The notes beneath the pieces are model-generated. The model saw nothing but the letters and a program-made list of their open reading frames with translations, had not been told where the DNA came from and ran no database searches. A stretch of DNA of 64,000 nt from Macrostomum hystrix. Taxonomy: Eukaryota; Animalia; Platyhelminthes. The stretch's first letter is position 1. The number at the start of each line of letters is the position of its first letter. Shown here in pieces: positions 12,614 to 24,600 of the stretch. The stretch spans positions 744,001 through 808,000 of the forward strand of contig CATNEN010000009.1 of NCBI GenBank assembly GCA_950097015.1, in the 5' to 3' direction. Both the position numbers and the translations under genes were made by a program.

Positions 12614-15600
12614 ATGGACCAGTGCACCAAGCTGCTGGATAATTCTTCGTTCTCATTCGGAACCACAGAGTTCTGCGTGTCAGATCGGGAAACCATCGAG
12701 GCGATGAAGGCCATGAGCCCCGACCAGAGCTCCAGCTTCCCGCTGCCCGTCCTCTGCATCTCCTGCCTAGTCATCGGCGCCGCCTCCAACGGTCTCGTGC
12801 TGGCAATCATCGCCACGGACAGCTCCTTCCGGACACTGACGAACGCCATCCTGGCCTCGTTCTCAGCCGCCGCCGTCATCTTCCTGCTGCTGTCCGTGCC
12901 GGTGGTTGTCGGCCGGCAGACGCACGACTCCTGGAACGGCTCGCGCTGGCTGTGCATCCTGTCCAACTACTTCGAGTTCTTCGCTAACGCCAACTTTGTG
13001 TGGCACCTGGTCATTGTGGCCATGCAGATGTAAGTTGCTCAGCCATTTTTCTGCTCAAACGAGCCCCAAACAACGCATTGAGCTCTCTACTTTGCTGCTC
13101 AAACTAACCCCAACCAACGCATTGAACTCTCTACTTTGCTGCTAAAACGAACCCTAACCAACGCATCGAAGCTATTGCATCGTTTAAGCTTTAAAGCTTG
13201 AACTCAGAGTTATTTAAAAATGCAATTAAGCAGCAGAATCTGATAGCTAGCTTAATGCTGAATGAATGGCAGAACCGTGTTCAAAGATTGACGGCAGGCC
13301 ATCAAAGGTAAATTATCAGATTAGGCTGAATTGTCGCGCAGAAATTAGCGGTGTTCGGCGAAGCGTAGTACCGGCTTTCATTCTCAGCCAGATTAGTCCA
13401 CGCGGAGCTACAGGACTGACTAATTAACCGGGGTGTGTATTTGCGGGAGTATCAGTTGAGCTCGAATAAAAAATCTTGTACTCGGTGCCACACAAGGCTT
13501 ATCATGAGCCGAAGGATGCCTAATCACAGAAGCCAGTGAGGTACATCGGCATGTAGTAGCTCTGCCAGAAGCTACTTTGCAACCCTCGCGTGTCGGGCGG
13601 CGAGGATTTGTACCCAGAACGCCTCGTCATGTCAAATTTCCTGTCTGCCGCAGCCCGATTGAAGCCTCTGATTGAAAACTGCTGTCGGCTCGCCTTGCTG
13701 ACGACGGCGGCAGCTTAAGAGAAAAACGGCCAGTAATTAAGGACATTGCGTCAGCTAGTCCCTTCTGCTCCCAGTGAGGAATCAAGATGCGAGTCCTGCA
13801 GTCTAATTATAGGTTTTGGTCGGGTCTTTTTGCTTGAAAACGGTGTTTAGAGCCAGGGGAGACTTTCCACAGGTAGGCTGCCCGGCTGCTGTCAATTTTT
13901 GCCACTTTTTTCAAGTTTTCGCAGCTAACTGTAGCCTGGAAATTGCAGGCTCACCCAATCAGTATGTCGTTATCCCTGACCATAAACTGTTGTCATTCAT
14001 TACCGACTTTCGCAAACTTCTACATGTAGGGAATAGAGTAAAATTGGCTAGCATGCAACTTCGCATCAAAAGCCTGCCAAAATCCATAAAAAAACTGCGG
14101 GAAATGTCTATGTCGCAAAGCCTGCAGGCCATGGCTCAGGATTTGTTTAGGCGCCATTCGACACACAGGCGGGCCAAAATTGATTGCATTAAATACACTC
14201 AAAGTGCTTAGTCACAATCGGCAGAAATCTAAGACTTGGCTGTGAACTAGACCAAAGGCTTCAGCTGAGCAGTCATGACCGACACGGCTTCGACAGATCC
14301 GACGAAGCTGTCCGCCCCTGTCACCGCTGGAGGCTTGACCAGCATCGGCAGCGCTGGCGGAAGCCGCAGGAGAAACCTGAGCCGCTCGCGGGCGGATTCG
14401 GTAGAGCAGCTCGAGCAGCTGGCCGGGGGTTCGAACTCGCCGGACAGCGGTGCACCTTGCCCGCTTCATCGAAGTCGGAGGTTCCAACGACTGCAGGCGA
14501 ATAAAGACGAGATAGCCGCTGTGGGCAACGTGGCTCTCGACGGGACCCTCGCGCCTTCCCGGCTGCTGAAGAAATGCCGCGAGCTCAAGCGCGCCTCGTC
14601 GGCTGGCAGAGGACTGAGCTCGGCCAAGAACTCGGACGACGACACGAGCACCTACTCGAGCATTGGGAGCCTGCCCAGCGACTTTGAGGAGATCTGCAAC
14701 AACAGCTGACTTGGCAGACTGCTGACTGACTGACCAACCCCTCCATCCCTCATAAGCCCTGATGTAACATTTTGTTCTGCTCAAATAAACCGACACACTT
14801 CTGTCTGAGCTTCCTTGTAAGCTGAAGCCGAAAATATTTCTTTTGATACCTCGAAACGTGAACATTGCTATGCACTGCTTTTAGAAGAGCTTATTTTATT
14901 TTGATTAGCTCTGCTCAGGCCAATCAGCTAAGACCAGACACTAGGGTTACAAATGCAGTCTGGCCGTACCAAATGACAAACGACAACCCGTCCCGCAGCT
15001 ACATCGTGGTGATCCATCCGCTGAAGGCGCGCTCCATCATCACGAAGAGACGCGGCACAGCGGTAATCCTGAGCACCTGGCTGTTCTCTGCCGTTCTGGC
15101 GCTGATAGCCGCCGTGTCGTCGGTGAGTGACTTAGGGCTGACATCTTCGTGTTGCGATCTGACAGACTCATCAGGCTAACAAGACATTGTGCAGAGAACT
15201 CGGTCGTTAATCCCATGCCTGTTTGATTTAATTAGCCTCCCTAATTAAGCTTATCAAATTCACTTTCGATCCGAATACGCCGAAAACAGCTCGAACCCTC
15301 GGGACTGCTCCAGACATACTCTGCCACTCCACCCACGCATTCGAATACACTTTCATTTGAGCAGACTGATTGAAGCACTCCAAGTCGCGTTTTCACCTTC
15401 TCTGTACATCTCAAATCCCACTGAACCCCTGTGCGGTCTCGCCTCGGACGCCGGCACTGCTCGAGTTACTGATCAGACCGTCCTTTCTCTGTCCAGGCCC
15501 TGAACCGCACCCTGTACTCAACCAGCGCCTCCATGTCGGACGTGCTCTGGTCCATCAACAACTGCATCGTTCGCCTGCCGGTGCCTGCAAGATTCGGTGA

Positions 15601-18600
15601 CGCTGGCATCCAGCTGTACTTCCTGCTGCACTGCATCCTGCTGTTCGCAGTGCCCTTCTGCATCCTGCTCTACGTTTACACCTGCGTCATCAAGAAGCTC
15701 TGGTTCAGCACCAAACAGTTCAGGCGGAGTGTGGCGTGAGTTACCGGAGGTTTTGGAGGCCGTTGTGCGCCCGTTAGTTTGCACTGAGTCCGGGTGTGTC
15801 CATGGACCACTAGCAGTTTAGCTGTGGAACGAGCGAGCGAGCATTGATCCAGAAAAACACAATACCGCTTTTACAGTAGAAAGACCCCGTAGGGTGGATC
15901 AAATAGCTACATTTTTCTTTTTCTGTATCTCACAAAATCTTCAACCAATGGCCATGAAAATCCTGCACATGGGCTCAATTTTTCCGATGAAACAACTTCC
16001 AGAATAACAAAACATCGGCATCGTTGAGACATTCAACGATCCTTGTCGGGGGTCTGGTTACAAATTAACCTATATTCTGCAAATTTTTTTCTGCTCACAA
16101 GATTTCATCATGTAGCTATCATTCGCTATTTTTTGAATATAATTGGTGAATAAAATATTATCGAACCAATACGGACGCGCCAAAGAGGTTTATACTGAGC
16201 AATGTTACTTCTCCTAGTCACCAGGGTACTTCTCCTAGTCACCAGGGTACTTCTCCTAGTCACCAGGGTACTTCTCCTAGTCACCAGGGTACTTCTCCTA
16301 GTCACCAGGGTACTTCTCCTAGTCACCAGGGTCTTCTCTCGTGACTAGGTTGTCACGAGAGGTTGTAGCCTAGTGGTTAGGGCGTCGGACTCACGACTTG
16401 AAGGTCAGGGGTTCGATTCCCGTCTCCACTGGAACAATTTGTGTCTTTTAGCAAGACACTTAACTCTGCATTGCTTCAGTTCACCCAGCTGTTAAATGGG
16501 TACCAGCATTAGCTGGGATAATTGAAGGTGGGTGTGGCGTCCCCCCAGTCCATGGACTGAACAGCCGTACGCAGCCTTCAGATGCGCCGCGCAATAGCTG
16601 CGGCTGTGCTGTCGGCTGCACATCTGACCCGATTGGGGCAGGTGTAATCAATTATTATTAATTATTATACAGGGTCTTCGAAAATAATGGCTGAATATCT
16701 CGACGACGCTGACCCGGTCGGCTTTGAAAGCAAGCTCATTGAATGTATTCAATACGTATTCAATGCTTCTGGTCTTGTGAAGCTCTACAAGCTCTAGTCT
16801 GAAATGACTAGTTAACCTCTGCTCTGATTCAGCTATCCAAGGCTCATGAAGTGCTCACAAGCTGTATGCTCACGGACTTCAAAGCTGTCTCTGACCGTTC
16901 TCAGGCTTGAACAGCGAATAGCCATCAGCCCTTGCAATTAGTCCGTGCCAACCGGCTTCCACAGCTGCCATTGGGCTGCGGCAAATCAGCTTAGCGACTA
17001 AAGTGCATGCCCAGATGCACTTTTATCACAAGGCGAAGCAGCATTCGCTGCATGTGCCAGCGAAATTCTTCCCCATGAAATTTTCCCGATGAAGATCAGA
17101 GTCTAATTTTTGACTTCTTGACTTCAGTGTTGTCCTAAATGGCTTTTTCTATAGCACTGACTCATTAATTAATTGCTTTTGAATTCAGCAACGTGAAACG
17201 GACTCACTACTGCAACTGACTCACCGTGGTTTGAATAGCTGGCAACTTGAGTCTAGTCATGAGCTGGGATTTCAGTACTTAATCTGCTCGGACTACTCAA
17301 TAGAATTCCCAGATCATAAGATTACTCAGACCTGCTCAGTGAAATTCCAGGCCATTCAGTCCCTTTTGATTGTGAGCTCAGATGAGGATCCGTGGGATGC
17401 GATATGGGGCAGATCGGAAATGGGATCAGAAGGGAGGGACAATAACAATGAGCCTGGGAAATAATTTGAAGAAGAATAAACAACTAGGGATAAATAAATG
17501 TCTTCAAGCTCACGGCAGACGAACAATGAGACTAGCAAATGGGAGGCAAAACAATGACAGACAGGGAGAGAGGAGACAGTGAGAGAGGAGACAGTGAGAG
17601 AGGAGACAGTGAGAGAGGAGACAGTGAGAGAGGAGACAGTGAGAGAGGAGACAGTGAGAGAGGAGACAGTGACAGAGGAGACAGTGAGAGCGGAGACAGT
17701 GACAGAGGAGACAGTGACAGAGGAGACAGTGACAGAGGAGACAGTGACAGAGGAGACAGTGACAGAGGAGACAGTGACAGAGGAGACAGTGACAGAGGAG
17801 ACAGTGAGAGAGGAGACAGTGAGAGAGGAGACAGTGAGAGAGGAGACAGTGACAGAGGAGACAGTGACAGAGGAGACAGTGACAGAGGAGACAGTGAGAG
17901 AGGAGACAGTGAGAGAGGAGACAGTGAGAGAGGAGACAGTGACAGAGGAGACAGTGAGAGAGGAGACAGTGACAGAGGAGACAGTGAGAGAGGAGACAGT
18001 GAGAGAGGAGACAGTGACAGAGGAGACAGTGAGAGGTGACAGTGAGAGAGGAGACAGTGACAGAGGAGACAGTGAGAGAGGAGACAGTGACAGAGGAGAC
18101 AGTGAGAGAGGAGACAGTGAGAGAGGAGACAGTGACAGAGGAGACAGTGAGAGGTGACAGTGAGAGCGGAGACAGTGACAGAGGAGACAGTGAGAGAGGA
18201 GACAGTGACAGAGGAGACAGTGACAGAGGAGACAGTGACAGAGGAGACAGTGAGAGGAGACAGTGAGAGCGGAGACAGGGAGAGAGGAGACAGTGACAGA
18301 GGAGACAGTGAGAGGTGACAGTGAGAGCGGAGACAGTGACAGAGGAGACAGTGAGAGAGGAGACAGTGACAGAGGAGACAGTGACAGAGGAGACAGTGAG
18401 AGAGGAGACAGTGAGAGAGGAGACAGTGAGAGCGGAGACAGTGACAGAGGAGACAGTGAGAGGAGACAGTGAGCGTGAGAGTGAGAGAGTGAGTAAAGTG
18501 TGTGATCCATGCAGTTTAACTTTGAGTTGGATCAGACATCGGTAGAAAAAGCGTCCCTGACCTGACAGGGGTGCTCAGCGCTGCTAAAGTGGGATTGGAA

Positions 18601-21600
18601 TATTTCTCATAATGATCTCAGCCAAGTGGATGTGCCTGGCTGTATCACTCCCAACCTCCTGTTTGATAAAATAAGTTTTCCCGTTTCTACTTCTCCCGCT
18701 GACACCCGTCATGCTGGGGTGGGTGCCAATGCCGTTTTTAATTGAGCAGTTTTCCTGGCGTGGCAGTCACCTGAGCTGGCACCTGAGCTGGCACCTGAGC
18801 CAGAGGGAGATGAGCGGAAGCGTGCGTGTGACCCTGGCCTACCTGTCTGCCTGGCCTAATTTAGAGGCAGTCTTTTGGTGAGATCGGGCCAAATGTGCGG
18901 CCGACAGCACAGCCGCAGAACGTGAAGGCTGCGTACGGCTGTTCAGTCCATGGACTGGTTGGGCGCCACAATTAGGCCAGCTGATGCTGGTACCAATTTA
19001 ACAGCTGGGTGAACTGAAAAGAACCAATGACCTTCAACTCAAACCACCCCCGTTAGAACCAAGAGCAACCAAGAGCAACTGGCAAAAAAAGGTCGCGCAT
19101 TTCAGAGCCGGGCAGTCGCAAGCTTCCTCAAGCAGCCGCTCAGCTTCAGGCGGCAAGCTTCAGGTCTGCCGCAATGAGCCAGCCGCCGCTGCCGCCGCTG
19201 CCGCCGCTGCTGCCGCTGCCGCCGCCGCCGTTGCCGCCGCAGAGGCCGCCGAAGACGCTGAGGCCGTTCAGCCGCTGAACAGCCGCTGCGCCAGGTCGAG
19301 ATCCACCGCCTCCGGTGGCGTCACTGGCTCCACGAATCAGCGGGACGCTGGCGGGCGCAACCCCAACGTGGAGAAGAGAAAGCAGGTGCGGCTGGCAAAC
19401 ACGACTTGCTCTCTCATCCGGGTCTATGGGATCTATGAGCTCGGGGAGCGGAGGCGGGGAGGTTGGGGTGGGCGCCCGGATTCGCGCCTGACTGCGGGTC
19501 AGCAGTCAACGCCTCACTGAATCCTGATCGTAACTGCCCGAGAATCGCTGTTGATTTCACTGATCCCTTTGTGACTGCCCTGCGTGATTTCGGCCATCGG
19601 ATATCCAATGCACTCGGCCACAGCAACAGGGGAGTGGGACTTTGTCATTTGGCGCTTCCTTTGCCGGTCATTGAAGAAAGCTTTCTGCTTTTATCGCTTC
19701 CTTGCACCGCTTTCTCTGCATCCCACTGTCAGCTGATCAATTGCCTCCCAATTGATCAGCTGACTGGGTGTCTGCCACTGTGCCACTGTGAGTGCGAACC
19801 ACCCACCTGACACCCACCTGACACCCACCTGACACCCACCTGACACCCACCTGACACCCACCTGACACCCACCTGACACCTACCTGACGCACACCTGAAA
19901 TCCACCTAATACACACCTGATACACACCTGAGACACACCTGACACCCAACAGACACCCTACTGACACCCAACTCTCATCTGGAGAGCTGCAAGCCCTCTG
20001 CTATCTTTGACTATCTATGCTATACCTCTCATGCTATCCGCGCCACTCTCCCATCTCCCTCTCACTCTCTCATCTCCCTCTCACTCTCTCATCTCCCTCT
20101 CACTCTCATCTCCCTCTCACTCTCTCATCTCCCTCTCTCTCTCATCTCCCTCTCACTCTCTCATCTCCCTCTCTCTCTCATCTCCCTCTCACTCTCTCAT
20201 CTCCCTCTCTCTCTCATCTCCCTCTCACTCTCTCATCTCCCTCTCTCTCTCATCTCCCTCTCACTCTCTCATCTCCCTCTCACTCTCTCATCTCCCTCTC
20301 TCTCTCATCTCCCTCTCACTCTCCCATCTCCCTCTCTCTCATCTCCCTCTCACTCTCCCATCTCCCTCTCACTCTCCCATCTCCCTCTCTCTCTCATCTC
20401 CCTCTCTCTCTCATCTCCCTCTCTCTCTCATCTCCCTCTCTCTCTCATCTCCCTCTCTCTCTCATCTCCCTCTCTCTCTCCCATCTCAGTTTCCTATCTC
20501 CCTCGCAGTCAAATTTCTCCCCCTGGGTTGCACTTTCTGATCTGTCTGGCCGATCTCAGCGGGCGAGTTCCGAGCTGCAGTGCCAGGCGCTGACGCCATT
20601 CTGCGAGCCAAGGCCTCCCGCTGCTCCCAAAATGAGGATTTGCTCGTCTTTCAGCCGCCTCGGGCCGCTGCTTCTGAAGTTAATCTCAAGAATCCCGCCC
20701 CAAATTTTTCTAATATCTACTCTTCACAAAATCCCTTTGGGGGGCCGGAGTGGGGCTGAATCCTCTTATAAGCTTTTTGGCTCCTCCACTTATTATCCCC
20801 AGCAACACATTGCCACTTTCACTCACTCACTCACTCACTCACTCACTCACTCACTCACTCACTCACTCACTCACTCACTCACTCACTCACTCACTCACTC
20901 ACTCACTCACTCACTCACTCACTCACTCACTCACTCACTCACTCACTCATTCACTCACTCACTCACTCACTCACTCACTCACTCACTCACTCACTCACTC
21001 ACTCACTCACTCACTCACTCACTCACTCACTCACTCACTCACTCACTCACTCACTCACTCACTCACTCACACGCAGATCATCATCATGCTGCTGGTGGTC
21101 ATGGTGGTTTTTTTCCTCGGCTGGCTGCCGAAGAGCGCCTTCAGCTTGTTCTCCCTGCACAAGCTGCGTAGCTTCGACGGCGACACGGGAATCGTCATCC
21201 TCATGGTGAGTCCGTTGGGATTTGTGGCTGGGAAAGGAATATGACTGTAGGGATACTTTTAGGATTTTTGGAATGAATTGGACTGTAGGGATGATCATTG
21301 TGAGGATCTTGGGAATAAGACTGTAGGGATGATCATTGTGAGGATCTTGGGAATAAGACTGTAGGGATGATCATTGTGAGGATCTTGGGAATAAGACTGT
21401 AGGGATGATCATAGTGAGGATCTTGGGAATAAGATTGTAGGGATGATCATTGTGAGGATCTTGGGAATAAGACTGTAGGGATGATCATTGTGAGGATCTT
21501 GGGAATAAGACTGTAGGGATGATCATTGTGAGGATCTTGGGAATAAGACTGTAGGGATGATCATCGTGAGGATCTTGGGAATAAGATTGTAGGGATGATC

Positions 21601-24600
21601 ATTGTGAGGATCTTGGGAATAAGACTGTAGGGACAATCATGAACTGTAGGCGGACATTGACCTGTGGCATCTGGCCAAAATAAACAGTCAAAGCCTGTGA
21701 AAGGGACTTTTAATGGCGCTTCCTGGAAAATATCCCCTCTGGGATCTGGGAGTGGCTGCATTGTTTTCTGTCAAGCGGGGTATCCATTTTGTTAATTAAA
21801 TTTCTTCTCCCAGGCTGTGATTGACAGCTCGGGCAGAAATGCTCCTTTGTGCTGAGCATTTCAATCTGAGAAAACTTCTCAAAACAGATTCAATTAATCT
21901 GAGGCATCACTCTGCAGCGCCTCCTCCGACATCTGTGAGGCCGGCGCGAAGCGTGCTATTTGTGACTACTGTCTCATCTTTCAATCTCTGAGCTGTCCCT
22001 GGACAATTCTCGTGGATTTCCATTTTAGAAATTTGCTCAGTGAAGCACGCCACTGTTTTCATTCTGCAAATAACAAAACAAACTTCTGATCTGATCCAGT
22101 TTGTGCAACATATCCGTTCCGGTCAGAATGGTACGCAGAGCTTACCATAGACTTCTCTCGCTTTTGCCGAGGACATGGAAATTCCAGTCTGCTAGAATTT
22201 TGGAATGGGTCTAGAGGGCTTGAGAAAAGCAGCAGAAAAAATATCTTCATGTGTGTATACTAACCAATGTACATAGCGGCATCGGTATGCCACTGTAAAA
22301 TCCGTCTATGGTCTGGGGTCTTGACCATAGAGTAGTTAGCAATCGAAAAATACTACATGTAGTGTATATCACGATTTTTGTCTCACTACGCCTTCAAGTT
22401 AAGAAACTGTTCTTCTTCCCATGTACTACGCGTACCAATAGTTGCTCAATCTTGGCAGGCTAGCATCAAGCACAGTTCATTAGACAGCAGCGATTTTTAA
22501 TAACTCTAAAACTAAATATGCAAATGGACGAGCTAATGACGTCGGATGATGAGGAATCGATTGTCTTGGATGAGGCGTCTGATGTCATGAAGACAGGTGA
22601 TGAAGAAGCGACCGACGAGATGCCATGGCGTCCTGCTATCGCTGAGATTGACGTCTCTGATAGTGAAACAGAGTTTCTTGGCACACCTGGCCTTAATCCT
22701 GGAATCGAAGTTCCCGTTAATATTGAGCAATCCACTTCATTTTTTCCTGGCCTCTTTCTACTCGACGCTTTGTTTGACGATTTAGCTAAATGGACTAACC
22801 GAAGAGCCGAGGCCGAAATCCATTCAACGCCTGCTGAGGACCTCCCTGTGAGTTATCAGAAATGGATCGATTGTATAGCAAGAATGAAGTGAAGAAGGTA
22901 ATCGGGATGTACCTCTACATGGGCAGCAACAAGAAGGCCGAGATAAACCAGTACTAGTGCATGGACAGCTACTATTCGACTCCATTCTTTCAAATCCCTG
23001 AAGCGCTCATCAGGGATCGCTTCAAGCAGCTGCTCGGTCTGCTTCGCTTTTACGATTGCGCTCAGGGTCCGGCTCCGGGCGATCCGTTGTTTAAGATCCG
23101 TCCTTTGCTGGACACCTTTAGACAGCTGTGCATGAATGTCTACATGCCGGAGGAGGATGTAAGCATCGACGAGTCACTGGTGCTGTACAAGGGGCACCTG
23201 TTCCTGCAAATGGTTCGGAATGCTTGGATTGTGTACTGTCAGTGTGGCGGGCGGAAGGTTTTTTTCCAAGTTTCTGGAGGCCAGCATTCGCGAATTGGTG
23301 CAGTGCACTGGAGGGAGTAGAAAGCGACCGGCTGCTGTAACTCTGGCAGTCTAGGCAATCGGTCTGATCGGCCCGCACTTTCCAACAAAAATAACGGCTC
23401 GCGAGAGTCAACCGAGACCTACGAAGCGGTGCCGCGTCTGCTATCGAGCTGGAAGCAGCAAGCGTACAATCTACTGCTGCCCGGAGTGCCCAGGTGCGCC
23501 AGGTCTGTGCCTGGAAGGCTGCTTTCAATAATGGCACGCCTAGTTGCAGTCCGATTGATTAACTGCAAGCGTTAAAAACTTGATGTTATCGAATTGTTGC
23601 GAGACTAAATTAAATTCAACCGTTTTTAACACGTTTTCAGTTTCAATTAGCTTAAAAAACTATTGTCAGTATAATTATTATAACTCAACCAGTCTAATAT
23701 AGCAGAATTTGACCAGTGTTATCTAGCATATTTTAACCTTTCTCATAGCCTAATTCGATATATCCTAAAGCGTACTGCAGCCTGTCTTTGAATACAAAAA
23801 TGGAAAACTATTGTTGTATGGAGAATATACGAGTATGCTTGGGTAAGCCCTGCTTACCATGACGACCGGAACGGATAAACATTTTTGGCCATAGACACTA
23901 ATTTGCTTGCTTTGGGCCAGACTGGAATTGGTGTGTCTACGTGGTAAGCATTGACATACAACCAAGTGTGCGTAAACGTCTCAAGCTCGTGTATAGTTTA
24001 TGGCCCAAAGGCCATCAAAGAAATAGATTGAAGTGTGCAGTAAATTCCGCAACTGTGCGGTAAATGATACTCCACTTGATCTCCGTGCCATCCCTCTTCT
24101 GAGCTACTATGCAGTAAATCCCAGACGGGTATTGTCTATGGGCCGAAGGAGCTGGTCTTGCGCACACACACTTGGTCATAAATCAATGCACTTATGCTAG
24201 GCTTCCTAGTGCGTAAATAGTCTATGGCACTCGTGCGCTGCGCGCACTCGTGCAAAGACTATTTACGCACTCGGAAGCCTAGCATAAATCTACCAGTGCA
24301 TTCCATCAGACTTTTGGAGGTTAAAAGGTAAATGAAGGTATACACCAACATGTAGTTGCTTATTTTGTTATGCCGATGCATTTCGACCTAACAGGTCATC
24401 TTCAGGGCTTTAACAACTAGCGGAGAGTCACACGCAGCCAAATATATTTAGATGAACAAAACTGTACAATACCGAGTGAGCATTTCAATCCAGTCCGGTC
24501 AGAAAAGGGAGAGAGAGACACAAACAGAACGCAACACACACTAAAACACTTTGAGCTGGCGGCACTGCACCTCCCATGGCAAGTTGAGTATTAACTCCCA

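Noticed and set aside
14212-14865. 217-aa antisense ORF over the nested gene
   Set aside because: No ATG start, and it is the expected shadow of a GC-rich coding strand.
15891-16127. Possible Tc1/mariner-type MITE (ATAGCTACAT / ATGTAGCTAT)
   Set aside because: Only a 10-bp inverted match; outer ends disagree.
16358-16430. Functional tRNA gene
   Set aside because: It continues into SINE body sequence that has a second genomic copy; treated as a SINE head.
23565-23750. TTAA-flanked piggyBac TIR candidates (TTAACACGTT, TTAACCTTT)
   Set aside because: Wrong orientation for a right end, and no matching left arm upstream of the ORF.
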